64,000 nucleotides of DNA from contig CM082589.2 of NCBI GenBank assembly GCA_040954595.2, positions 6,879,186-6,943,185 on the forward strand, in the 5' to 3' direction. The translations under genes were made by a program, and so were the position numbers. The first letter of the stretch is position 1. Every line of letters begins with the position of its first letter. Source of the DNA: Balanoglossus misakiensis. Its lineage: Eukaryota; Animalia; Hemichordata. The notes beneath the pieces were generated by a model. The model did not search any database, had not been told where the DNA came from, and worked only from the letters and a program-made list of their open reading frames with translations. Of this stretch, positions 49,901 through 62,856 are shown one piece after another.

Positions 49901-52900
49901 AACTCTGACCTTTGCCCCTGCTGTGACCCAGAAATCAACCAATCTGAAGACTGGAATAGTTACTTACATTGTACAGATTGGCTAGATGGTTCGAAGTTGC
50001 TATAAGGAAAGCTTGATTGACACCTGGGTGGTCCAGATCATGCGTGATTGCAGCCAACAGCGCCGCCATGGTTTCCAGGGGACTGAGTATACCTGATAGC
50101 TGAGAGAGTGAGAGAGAAAGAGAAGATGTTTGTGAACACCTGTGATGTTGAAGAAACCACTTGATCTGTACCGCATTTTTTCAGCCTGCCCTGTCACCTT
50201 ACTATTTTTTTTCCAGACCAGTACTTTCTTCAATAGTTTTTTTTTGTCAGTCTCACACATTGAATAATATTTACTTACCCGATACTTTGGTGCAACAAAC
50301 TCGAATAGTTCTAAGAAACAATTTTTTGTGGCTCCTGCCAGAAATTGTCTTTTTTTTCTATTGTATTCTGTGATTTGATTAAACGCTTCCTATCATTTTT
50401 TGGCAAATAAATTATTATTAATAATTATTATTTTGGTATCAACCTGGAGAGGTTATACCATGGAAAGGGCCGTGGTCTTGTGGTACACTCTCTGTAGTTC
50501 AAGTTCGATCGCTTTTGTCCTTATAGACTACAGTGAAGTATGTGCAACTGGAAAAGTTTCTCGAATATCCTCTGAAGTTTTCATAACAGAAAGATGAAGA
50601 AATAAATAAACAGAAATCTCAGAAATACGGGACAGGACTTACTTTATTTTCTTGAAGGTAGCAGTGCATAGCCTGAGTTACATCAGCTGCATGGATTGCA
50701 TTGTGATAAGGATTTTGACAGTGATAGCCTTCTTCAATTAACGCTAAAAAAAAATCAAAAAAAATCATACCCATGTATGGTTGTAAGTGCATGTCTAACT
50801 CTAAGCCTTCGAATTGTGTCACTTTTTTTTTCATGGCCACTCGCAAAAATCTATGATTGGCTATAGATCCAACTGTCACTAAATTTGCATAGGTGACCGT
50901 GAAGCTTTGACAGGCGAGATTGATAACTAAAACTAGGACTTACCAAAACACTTAAGAAGCCTGATCATGTCAAGTTGGAAGTACTCTATTAGATTGTACT
51001 CATGGAATAGGTATACAGACATGTAAAATAAGGAACGTCCTGAGAGAAAAAAACAGAGAGAAAAGAAGTGAATATTTCATACATAATTGGCATTATTTGA
51101 TGTTCATTGCAAGGCCAAAAATTATGACTCTTTGAACAGTAACAGTAAAATAAGAACTGAATTTTACACCATATCTACCCCCCCCCCCTTTCATACAGCA
51201 ATGAAACTTATTTGGCTGTGACCAAACACATATGCATGCCCATATATTTTCTACACCTATCTGAAACCTTTGCCCACTTTAGGGATGGCACAAAACTGCC
51301 CAATGTGAACCACAAATGCTACAATTAATTCTGTTTTCATTGATGACTGAAAGCCTAACTTGTTTGCTACAAAGATTTATTTAACTGAAACATAGAGGGC
51401 GCCCTTCCAAACCACCTGGCAACACAAATATTGTTAATATTATACTCAATAAAATTTATCAACAAAATATTGTAGCATTGTTCTATCAAATCAGGTCATT
51501 GTGACTTTTCACACAACTATAATAATGCTTGAAGTTTTTCCCGAACCACACGCACAAAAACGATAATAATTTTGATATTTGCTCTTGTAGGTTATTAGGT
51601 CAAGGACATTATGACATTATTATCAAACCTTGACCTTGAGGTCACCAAAAGTTCAGAAGTCAAATAAAATGATGAAGAACTTACCATTTGTTAGCTGGTT
51701 CAAGTAAAAAATGTCCAAATCCCAGTTGCCTATATGTGACAATACACACTGAAATTAAAAATTAAAAAAAAATGTTAGAGTGGCATTGTCTCCTAAATAA
51801 AATCTGTGTCACGATTTCTATTTCATAAATACTTTCAAATCATGAATAATAGAGTGATAATATAAAACTGTGGCTTAAATGTTTAGCAATTTTAAGCATT
51901 CCCTCCCCTTTGTTGAGGGGGGAGATGGTGGTTGAGTTACTATACAGACACAAAGTTCCAAATCATATGGTGACCTCTTTTGGGTTCAAAACATTATAAA
52001 CCTAGAGGACAGAATTGTTAGGGGAAGAATTAGGGTCAGTCACAAATATTTTAATTTTCTATGTCAGAGCCAAAAATTACAGTAGGTTGAGTTGGCTCAT
52101 TTAAAAAAAATCCCGACATCATGATCAAATTTTTATTCTTGACATAAGACAGGTTGGAATGGATGACGGAGAGATCCACTGATATTAAGGGGAAAATGTT
52201 TGAAATAGTAAAACTAGATTTACTGCGCTCATTAAACTAAATGACGTGACAATTGCCTGGATTTAAACTCGGGGCACGATTTTCTTCACAAGCTGCAATC
52301 AATGAGATCGCACAAATATCTGGCATGACTCGAGTGACGACAATGAATTCATCCGTGATACAATATTCGCATGTTTTTTTTCTCTCCACAGATCATTCAA
52401 CACAATAATGGGGCATGCCTGAAGTAATGTTTCAGGCATAATTTGATACTGCGAAAACGTGTATGTACACTGTACCAAACAAGGTACAATTTGGAATTAT
52501 TTTTACAAAAAAAAAATACAGTTGTCGGTTATGTCAGCCATAATAACAAAGATTTTTCATTCACAACTATTTTGAATCATTCTACTGACGTAATGATTGT
52601 TCCCTGGTAGCATTTTTGAAATTTTTTTGAAAAAATAAATTTCTACAAATTCACATTCTACACCAAAAGAAGTGTGTAACCAACAAAGTGTTGGCAGGAT
52701 TTACACTTTGTGTCGATTGTCATGATCATTCACGCTCGACTTTGCAAACCAAATTTGCAAACCACAACTGTTGTGCATTTTTTTGTTTTTGCAGCACGTT
52801 CGTTGCTTGCTGCAAGAGAGAGAGAGAGAGAGTGTGGTGTCGTACACTGCCAAAGACTGCAAGGCCGACACAATCACCCATCTTTCATTTACCAGGAAAA

Positions 52901-55900
52901 AGAATTACAGAAGTTGGTAATCGCTGCACATAATCACCGGGCTACTTATCAACTGACGTCACTACAGAATGTCAAAGGCTTCAAGAGTCCCAGGGTCCCC
53001 ATCACCAAGGAGCAGGCAGTCATCAGTTTCGAATCCCTCCCCCCACCACCACCAACCATCTCCTCGCCAGATAAAAAAAAAAATTACAGATCCCCAGATC
53101 CAGTTCTGCCGGGGTTAAGTCTCCCGAGACTCACTCCAGCGCATTGACGTCATTCAGAGTCCCAGGGATGTCTTCAATTCTCAAATAATTTAATCCACAA
53201 ATATGAGATCCCCGCGAAGGACGCACAATACACTGTCTGCGTTTCAACAGAAATGATCGCCGCGTCCAGATAAATTAACACCACTGTCATTCTGCAGGAT
53301 TTCACTCCCCAGACCTGATTTTATTCCACAGGGTTTGGGGAATGGGGGGGGGGGACTAATTAAAATTCCTCTCCCATCCTCGGGGGCATGCTTCTTGGGG
53401 GTCTTCTTTGACACTTTTTCGTTTATGACGTGTGTTTATACACCTGATGAAATGTAATAACGCTTGCAGAGGGGTCGGATTGGAGGTAATTGATTGCTTA
53501 ATGAGTTTGATTTGGTCTGACGTACGACCTGAATAGTGATGTACTGCAAACGCACTTAAAGGGGGTCAGCACAGCTGTTAATTCTTATTAAAATTCTACC
53601 AGAAGTGCAGTGTACAGTAAATTGCGCCTTTGAATCAATAAACTAAACAACGTCGAAATCGTACTCTCTCCACTTGCAAGTTCTGCTTTTTTACTTACAA
53701 CCGGCAACAGCCATAATATCTTGCAATATGATTTTATTGCATGCCGTGATTTTTTTTTTATGGACGTGTATAGATAACTCTTTCCCCCCCATTTCCTGTG
53801 TGTTTGGGTCCGGCCACACCACTAAATACAATGGGGGTTTGAATCAAACCTGCTGCGATCAGGGGATGATGAATTCTGATCACTCGCTGACATACATTCA
53901 AATGCTACGACTGTGGATCACAAGCTAATGCTGATGATTACTTAATTGTACACCAGTCTAAAGGGCCACAGAAACCACCAATGGTAAAATAGAATTTTCA
54001 AATGCACCATGTTGTCTGAATGCCAACCTTAGGCACTAGTCATTTCAGTCAGCAAGTCACCAGAAACATACACACAAAAATTACTGGTTTTATATTAATA
54101 AAAATAGTTTTTATGCAACTGTATTTACACTCTTTTCACATTACAATTTAATTTTGCACATATTCACCTTTTAATAATAAATTGTGAGAATATAAAAAAA
54201 TATTGCAATTTGTACGAAGCAAGTGAGCGGAATGAACAAGCATAACACTTTCACAGCTGCAGATAATGCATTTGATTCCTTGTTCTGTATATAACTTCAC
54301 AGTTGTTGGTCTGTCACAGTGTGTAGACCATATACAGTCAGAGTTTAACTGATTATCATCATCACAGATATTTGCTGGCTTTTCTCTATATACAGACCCT
54401 CATATTTTATTTAAAAAAACGTTTCATTTGCAACTGTGCCACAGATCAGTTCGAAATCAGCGACGATCTAAGGTGCAGTCAAGTGCAAAAAAAAAAAAAA
54501 AAATCAGAAGTATCAATTTTGACTTAATCTCCATGGCAACAACACTTGGCAGAGCGAGCTCATATTTCTAGACAATGGTGTCTTGGAGAGCCTGGCAATT
54601 TGGCAACCCCACTGATGGCTCTGACACAGGAAACCAAAAACGATTTTCACCAACCAAATCTCACCAATCTATGTGACTGATTTTGCCAATAAAATGTAAA
54701 ATGTAATAAAACCACCTTTCGTGGGACCTGAAGACATGATACATCGCTGTAAATATGTTTTGCTGATCATTTTTGCTGGTTGTCTTCAAATTGGGTTTTC
54801 AATGTTAATCGGCGAGACATATAGTGAAATTTTCTATATCACTTCCTGAGTGTCTGTCTACATGTAAAAAGTCACTCATTTTACAGAGATGTATTCCAGT
54901 TGTCTCGTACAAGAGGTTACTTTGCATTGCAAGAGATTTTTTTTAAATAGTAAAACTGTCTTTTGGGTGCGGAAATAATATTTCACTTTATTTCAGAATA
55001 TCCTGAAACTTTTCTTCGCGAAATGTGTACTGCGTGTTCACAAGACTGGGAAGAGTTCAGTTCAGTTTCTTCACCCAAACTCCCATGTAAGTATCCAGTG
55101 AATAGATGATTTTACGCTCATTGCGAGATCTCGCTAATTACCACAGCAACAGGTTGTTAGCCAAGTATACACCAAATAATACAAGTCCAGCTTGGTATGA
55201 AACTACACATGTGCAGAGCTTAACAAAAATTGCATCTTTTGTGCCGTTTATGAAAAATAATAGCACCATTGTATTTTGTCCTGTGTCACATGAGAATGTC
55301 CTCCCATATAAAACTGTCTAGTCACACGAGATCTCGCAGGGACTCATGGAGTTTGGAAAATGGTCCATTTCGTCTTAACTGTCACCTATGAGGACACAGA
55401 ACCAATCGCAAGCCACCTATGATTGCGAACATCTGTGTGTTGCACACCGGAAACGCCAAAAAATATTTCTCTGAAATTTGGGTCATGTGACCTTTCTTAG
55501 AAAAGGATATTAACTCCCACACAATTGAGCCAAACAACATGGCACACAGTGTAGTGTATGGTCATGGATTAACTGCCCTGGGCATGAAATGCTGACATTT
55601 AGAATACATAGATGGCAGTCTATATTCAAGGTACAGGAGATGCAACTTTTGATATGATAATCATGTTTTGCTGTACATCCAGGGAAGCTGTTCGATTTTT
55701 TGGAGAATGTTGAAATGCCAGGTTATTATTATTATTAACACAGATTGGACATTTGTCATGCTTCAAAAATACACTGTACATGACACAAGACAAAAGTTAC
55801 GAAAAATTATAATCAGATTCTATAGCCACTGTCTTTAATATCAAACTGTGCTTCGAAGACATGTGCTGGAATATAAAGACACAACGATATTCAGCAAGAC

Positions 55901-58900
55901 AAGTTAAAAGCATGATGGAGATAGAATCTATGTAAAATGCCGGGATAAGGAACGAATGCATCAAAAATGTATAGAACGAAATGTAAATGACGTCTCAATT
56001 TCCAAACCATATCTACCAGGAGTTCTAGGGTTTTTGTGCAATTATCTAGAATGTGGGGGTGTAGCTGCTTTTATTCCGAGAAACGATATATTGATTCTCT
56101 TTCTTTTCCCTCCTCTCCCACGAAAGCAGCGTGACTTGTAAACGTCTACGCTTACGTGCTGATACAACGAGTACTACTGCATTCACGGCGTAGACTATTC
56201 AATTGATTTTGATGTTTTTTTTACTTGAGCAGGTTTTGAAGACTTTTTCTTCAGTTTGGTTTGTATTGCATCACAGTCGCTAAACGCATGTGGGTTACAA
56301 TACTTACAGAATCATTACCTGCATCTTTTTGTACTTTTTCAATGTGATGGTCTGAAATAACACACAACTTGCACAAAAATGCTGTCTGATGTGTGGCCAT
56401 AGGCAATTTTTGAACACTGGCAAAGAATGTACAACTTTGGTTAAATTTTAATTAACAAACAAATAATTGATGACTTTGCAAGTCGTGTGGCTTGCTGTGC
56501 ATTTGTGCACTTCAAGCATCCAAAGAATTGCGATGGTGGCCGCTACAAGATTTTGTAGCCATTTCTCAGAACAATCAATTTGATGCTAGTATTTGGGTAT
56601 TTTTTCTTGTAATGGCTGGCTGGGTTACAGAAATGTAATCAAGACCCCCCTTGCTGTTGCAAGGTGACCCTGCATAAACCTGTCTCCGTGGTTACAAATT
56701 GGGAACTGAATCCCGGCAGGTGAAGGCATGATTGGGTGTACACCGACAGACGACAGTGTGCTTCATGCACTGGCAAGAGTTTGCACACACATACACACAT
56801 GTGCGCATGCACACACACACACCCAGAGCAGTGTCGTCGTACATCACCATGGTAACCGGCATATCAAAATCAACAGAGCATTTGGTTGAAATCTGTCGAA
56901 AATATTTTTCAGTGCAAACACCAATGGTTGCGTGTTGTGAACGCATTCTCTCGCAAATTCAATAGCCACTTCTATTTTTGGGTTTTACGTGTGTTTTTTG
57001 TGTGGACACTGTTTACCACACGACTGTATTTTTTGCGATCTGGAGTCGCTCACTCAGGGTATTTATGAAAGACGGTTGTTTTCAGAATGGCAAAGTACGG
57101 GGTTTATTTGACAATCACAGTACAAAGCCTGTCCCATTTTTATACCACAATCAATAAATCTAGGCACTGCAAATCACGGTATTTTCCCAGATTAATCAGC
57201 AAACGTACCAATGCAAACATTTTTTCCCTTAATGTGACAAGGATTATGTCTTTCTTGTAGATTCTGACAGGTAAATTTAACGAACGATTAAATGGAAAAT
57301 TTCAGAAATCTTTACTGTAGTCTCGGACAGTTTTTGCTTTTCACGATTCTGTCTGATCACTACGTAATCACGCTCTTTATAAACGACAACGCACTTTTCA
57401 GCAAGTTCCTCCATTTACGATAATTCTGCCAGGTGGATTAGCACAAAAATACTTCGAGGTATTATTGTACAGCTGGAGTGAAGTTGGTGACAGATTAATC
57501 TGCCGAAGCCGCGACTCCATTCAACTAACACCCAGTTTTATCAAAATTAAGTCTTCGTCCGACAGCCATGCCGAGGACAGATAGCTTTTATGGATATTAA
57601 AATGATTTTTTTCCCTTAGATGTTGTGTAACCTAATCACCCCTATAATCTGCGTGTAATGTAATATTCCCATAATGTTCTCTGATTAGATAAGGCAATAC
57701 CACCGGGAAATGAGGTGGGATATCGGGCCTTTTTAAAGTACAAACACGATGGGCAAGATAGAACAGAAACCTGGCGCAATCAAACTTTTAGTACAGTGGT
57801 TTACGGCTTCAAATAGTGTTATTTTACAATAGGGCATGCTTCACATTTTGCAATATTTTACTTTTCTTTATATGAGTTCCAGTCCTTGTTTTCCCTATGG
57901 AAGTTAATTGGAATGCTAACTGTTCAGCTTATCAAGAAAGCACAACCGGTATCTGGAGCCTATATCTACTAGTGGTATCAAAATCATTGTCAGTTTATCA
58001 AAATCATCATCTCTTGAATTTTCGCCTGATTTTTCCTTTTCCAGACATTTTTTCAATTCAGTGTAATCACTTTTAGTTTCGCCGTCTTTAAACTGCACCT
58101 TTTTTGCGATATCACACACGTTGGAAATGTGACTGATGGGCTGAAATGATGCAAGAAATTATGCAAATTCTATTCTGATGGCTACAAACAAGCCCTGTTT
58201 GAAAACGGCTATTATTGTCAATTTTACGGTAAACATTACGAAATTGATTGGTGACTCTGCCCAGGACCGAATCTCATCTGGGCTATTTTGGATTGTTGAC
58301 GAAATAAATGTATTTCGGAATATCGAGCTTCCCTCTCGACCAGCCACAGTTGAAAGCAAACTCAATTGTTGTGTATTACTGGGGGACAAAGTGCTCGTAG
58401 GCATCCTCCAGTTTTCAAGCAGATCAAAATCAATTTTGCTGATAAACAACTCAGACAGCTGTTGAGATGACTTGCCCTTCCTTTCCACTGAACCTGTTCA
58501 ACCCTGCCTCAAAATGGTACGGCCTGCACAGCAGAAAAGTGCAAGAAAACATTTTGTAGTTCAGGTGAATTTGTGGGATGGGCCAGGCATGTGTTCCAAT
58601 TTTCTGACAGGTTATTTTTTCAGCTGCAAGTACATGTAATACCCATACCATTATTTCTGGACACAATTAAGGGGGTAGTACTAGTACCTTCATTTTTTTG
58701 CTAATTTTTGACTCAACACTTTGTTGCATGCGGCAACTATACCATTCATTTCTTCTCCCCCCAAAAGCAATGTTAAAACCCAGTGTTTGGCTTGTCAGCA
58801 ATTCTTATGCACGGTCATACAAACAGTTTAGCAGCCATATTGGATCAGATCATGAAATGATGGAGCACCCCCCCCCCCCATGTTTTAATCAAATCACTTC

Positions 58901-61900
58901 AGATTTGTCCTTGTGGACACAGCCCAAAGCCCCCCCCCCTATCCATAGGGACAAATAATTTACATGTTACAGCCATACAGGTCACCCTGATTACTGGGAA
59001 TGTCATCGTACTCTGAGGAGAAAGAGATTGAAGTTTCAGTCAAGCGAGAGAGAAAAAAGAAAATCACAAACTGTTCTCCTAATAGACTATCACCAGTATA
59101 GTTCACTGACTTTGTGACATGGGTTGTACACTTCTAAGTAGAATAAAAGACTCACCAAAACATAAAAATTTCAAAACCATCATTTACGACAGAATTGAAA
59201 ACTTTTTATCGGATAAATCATTCTTCTCCTAATGACTACTGGGTAACTGTTACAGTTTACCCGAAACAAGACTGATTTAAAAATGCCATTACGGCCAGTC
59301 ACTTCTCGTAATCTTCACAAAAAATAAACTTTTATGACAGCTTTACGACGACTACTGAAAATACCACACAAAGTATTTCAATTCCATATATCCATTCACA
59401 CTGATGTAGTGCATATAGTATACAGCTCTCTCAAATCTATCTCGGAAGGTGAAATTGCCTGATGACCAAATTTTTAGCGGAAGTCTTAAAATTGTTCCAT
59501 TTAAACTTGTGTGGAATCCTTTCACGATGATGGGAAAGGGAAAAGTAGTGTTGGGAAAATTCGTGTTTATATCTTCTTCCTACGCAAATCAACTTCTTCC
59601 CCACACTGCTATGGCATAGCTTGGCGGCCATTTTTTTATTTCAAATATGGCCGCATCTGTCTTGTAGTTTAGTGCTGAAAATGTGAACATCACTCTGTTG
59701 ATCCAAATTCTCTTTTTTGAATTTTTTTTGACAAATTTATCTGAGAGCTCTTTGAATGACGTTTATGTGACATATAAGATCGAATCCCTGATGCATCATA
59801 CAAAAAATCTTGTCAGTTTTGTTTTACACTAAAAGCTTTTTTATCCATTTTTTCCCTGGCTGGTGACGCATTTTTGTCACCTGCTGGACACGATTCAAGC
59901 TCCTCATTCATAATGTTGGCAACTGTCTCAAACAATTCAAGTTCAAGTTCTTCAATATCGAAAAAGTAACCATCATGAAATTTTTTCACGTTCTGCTTAA
60001 ATGTCATAGTTCGAGCCTTGCCACGGACAGTCGATCGAGTCTCTCATGGCCGCAGAGAGAAAATAGTGCTCCTCAAATTTTTCCTGCAGATGAACAGAGG
60101 CAGTTAGCCCTTTTGAGATATTGTTTTACTATAAACCAGTCGAATTCCCAAACAGTGTTACTGTTTATAGACAGTGTTATTCATAAGAACAGTCCGAGTT
60201 CAAGCACGAACAAAGAAAACGTAATTTTAATTTTGAACCCTAACCCTAACCTATGTCAAAATTGGAAAAAAAAAGTAAAAGCAGCAAAGCCAAGAAACAA
60301 TCTTTTTTTTCTCGCTGGCCTTAAGTACCTTTTTGGTACATGACAGAAACAAGATCAGGAATGCTTACAATTTAAACGTTCCACAGACTGTCAATTTAAC
60401 AGGTGCACTATAAAGGCGGGGAATTCTTTGACTAAGCTGTGAAAGGACGTTGAATAGTCAAGGCTACATCAATAATGTGCTAGTGTTGTGAACAGAATGG
60501 GGATTTCAGGTCAGGCTGTCATAACTGACACATGCGGCAGATGATGGCCAGTGATGTTCTCTTGAAGAACAGAACCTACTGACGTCACGGAAAAAAATCC
60601 TGTGCATTTAAAAAGGATGCGAACAGATGTATGTCAAAATGGGGGGAAAAACGAACGTGTGAAGGAAATGAGTGATAGCCCAGTAAAGCATAGACGTGAA
60701 TTATAACCAAGCTGCGAAAATATCGACAAAAACGATGAAAATTTAGAGCAAATTTCAAAATGTCGCGTTTTTCTCCTTCGTGCATGTTTGAGCTCATTTG
60801 CATATCTGTGATGTCATCACCCAGAGACAGCTCTGGCTCAGGGTAGGCCAACTCCTCTCAGGTGATTCCGATCAGCATGATCTTGAAATAAGTGCGAGAG
60901 AAAAAAATGAGCGAGAGAAATGGATTTTCATGGATTTATCATTTCTCCTTATCAACCGTTGCTAGGCAACCGCATCCTCGGGTCCTTATCACCCGTTTTC
61001 GAGGCAAAGCACTGAAAAAGTTCACCGCCTGTACTACATAATACCCAACATGACATGGATATCAGGGTATAGATTTCCGATAGAAAACACACGGCGCAGT
61101 CTTTAAAAAACATGCAGCAGGCAAAATATCGTAAAAAATAATTGTCGGGTCAGTGCAGTGCACTAAATTGATTCGTACAAAATGACACGAAGTTCCGATG
61201 CCTGAATTAAAACGATCGTTTTGTTTTATGGCACGCAGATATCAGGTTCCCCGTGTTTTTTTACAGCCCAAACCCGGCCATACACCGGGATTAAATGCGC
61301 AAGTCTGTTCAATTTGTGCAGATTTGGCGTTTTTTTATACGCCACTAAATTTCCCAAGAACTTGATTGAGACAATTTACATTTAGAAATAACAGCCTGGA
61401 CAGGTTTGATGTGATGGAGATTACATTCATTGACATATTTCCTGTGTTCTGTGTTTCATGACAGTAAAACCCTCTATTTGCAGTCAGTGTCGTGACAAAC
61501 AGTTTGTCTTCGAACGACATTTTTTTTCTTTCCAAGACTCAGTCGCATCTGTTACTAAACATCTGTACAATCTCACTCGACACTTAAACACCAAATTCCC
61601 CCATATAAAAAGGAATTATGGAAACACCATTTATTTGACCAAACACCAAACACTTGTGAAGATTAAAATTAATTTTTTTAACACCTTACTCTTTTGTAAT
61701 TGAAATTGACAACACACTGATCTTCAGCCTTGCTAAAGAGGACAAAAAATGTAATAATTTTCTTGGTCATGTCCTCCCCTTTTGGGACAGTTGCTGACAA
61801 CCTAGAAAATTTAATTAAATCCAGCTTGTACTTTGGGTACTTGTGTTCAGTGACAATGCTACTCAGATGAGAAACCGTGCAGAGATGATATGCGCGACAT

Positions 61901-62856
61901 TACGCGTTTCAGTCAATCGGAATAAAGCGTATTCCCTGAGCACGACGACATGTTACGGACAATGGTGCTTCATTACTGGAGTGGTGTCTTTATCTCGCGG
62001 CGTACAGACGTAGTCTCCAGACTACCGGCTATGATTCTATCTCTCTCTGATGTGTAGCTGCTCAGTTTTCCATCAATTAGAAAAACCGCGGAAAAGTTTT
62101 CCCAAGGATTTACGGGGATGCTTGATATTCACAGTGAGGGAAGGAAATCCTTGCATTTATCGGGAATTCCACTGGCAAGGCGTACGATTCCAGGTTGTCA
62201 GTGATTTTAATCACGCAGTTATGTTGCGACTTTTCCGGGGGGAAAAGCTAGGCTTGTTGAGCCTGCACAGATTGACAGATTGTGCAATTTCATTCATAAA
62301 GGTTTCTTTCAATTTCTGCTTCGGCTGAGAGATTTGTGATTTAAAGCCCCAATAGCTGCCACTTTTACCATATTTTTAATCCTTAAAATACTTCAATCTT
62401 CTCCTTCTCCTGAAAAATGACACTATTTTGACTTTGCAGGGATTTGAATACTCATGTGCATATACTACAAAAGTTGTGTACTCTTGCAATGGGCAGTTGA
62501 ATAAATGGGTGTGGCACCTATTTATTATTCATATCTACACGTACAGCCACAATGAGAAGCTGATAATATGTTTGTGTATATACCCATAAGTTAGCTTATT
62601 TAAATGGGCCATTCTGAGTTTGAATGTAAAAATCGTGAAAATAATTAAGGGTTGTCAGCTATTGGGGCTTTAAGGTTTGGAGAGAAGTTCTCGCACTGCA
62701 CGCGACTCACCTGCGCTTGTCCTGAATAGTCGATGTCCAGCAGCGACGCACCTTCGTAAGCTTGACATGTGATTTTCGGTCTGCGATGCGACGACCGATG
62801 TAAGCTCAGGAACTTACAGTAATTGTTCCGGTGCGTAACATCGCTATTCGTCAAAG
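43979..62856 (-). CDS. PDE7: PDE7-like cAMP-specific 3',5'-cyclic nucleotide phosphodiesterase; 5' end not identified in the window
   Basis: Phase-consistent exons: 62711-62856 (..[11 protein letters not shown]), 51685-51748 ([14 protein letters not shown]), 50944-51039, 50643-50743 ([24 protein letters not shown]), 49968-50099 ([14 protein letters not shown]), 49405-49578 ([23 protein letters not shown]), 48664-48726, 47752-47848 ([12 protein letters not shown]), 47566-47646, 45855-46946 ([11 protein letters not shown]..), and a probable last exon 43979-44355. Motifs are closest to PDE7 as recalled. The C-terminal splicing is inferred. Confidence 0.9.
48441..48652. mobile_element. Decayed MITE-like fragment; inverted partner at 49750-49800
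   Basis: Contains TTCAAAATGGCCGCCATCTCCATGTTAAC and ends in TTAA. Bases 48441-48491 are 50/51 identical to the reverse complement of 49750-49800. Confidence 0.55.
48865..49271. mobile_element. 407-bp non-autonomous DNA transposon with a 9-bp TSD, in a PDE7 intron
   Basis: TIR TAGCCCGGAGACCAGG / CCTGGTCTCTGGGCTA (15/16). Perfect subterminal inverted repeat AACGCCCGGGGACAGTC at 48890-48906 and 49221-49237. TSD ATGTTCACC at 48856-48864 and 49272-49280. Confidence 0.92.
52954..53152. promoter_or_regulatory. Pair of full CRE palindromes in the 11-kb PDE7 intron
   Basis: TGACGTCA at 52954-52961 and 53145-53152, each followed by AGAGTCCCAGGG. Confidence 0.45.
56319..56351 (-). other. Candidate 33-nt in-frame cassette exon of PDE7 ([11 protein letters not shown])
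   Basis: ttgtgtgttatttcag|ACC...ATGCAG|gtaatg on the - strand. Phase 0/0 matches the flanking exons. Confidence 0.4.
60958..60970. promoter_or_regulatory. RFX X-box-like palindrome
   Basis: GTTGCTAGGCAAC. Confidence 0.35.
62345..62669. mobile_element. 325-bp MITE with TTAA TSD (Kolobok-like)
   Basis: TTAA-AGCCCCAATAGCTG...CAGCTATTGGGGCT-TTAA, with perfect 14-bp TIRs. Confidence 0.88.

Noticed and set aside
59813-60007. Charged 64-aa ORF in the PDE7 intron
   Set aside because: No in-phase splice connection to PDE7 exons and no recognisable homology.
60236-60252. Telomere-like (TAACCC)n or telomerase RNA template
   Set aside because: Only about 2.5 units in an intron, with no pseudoknot or H/ACA context seen.
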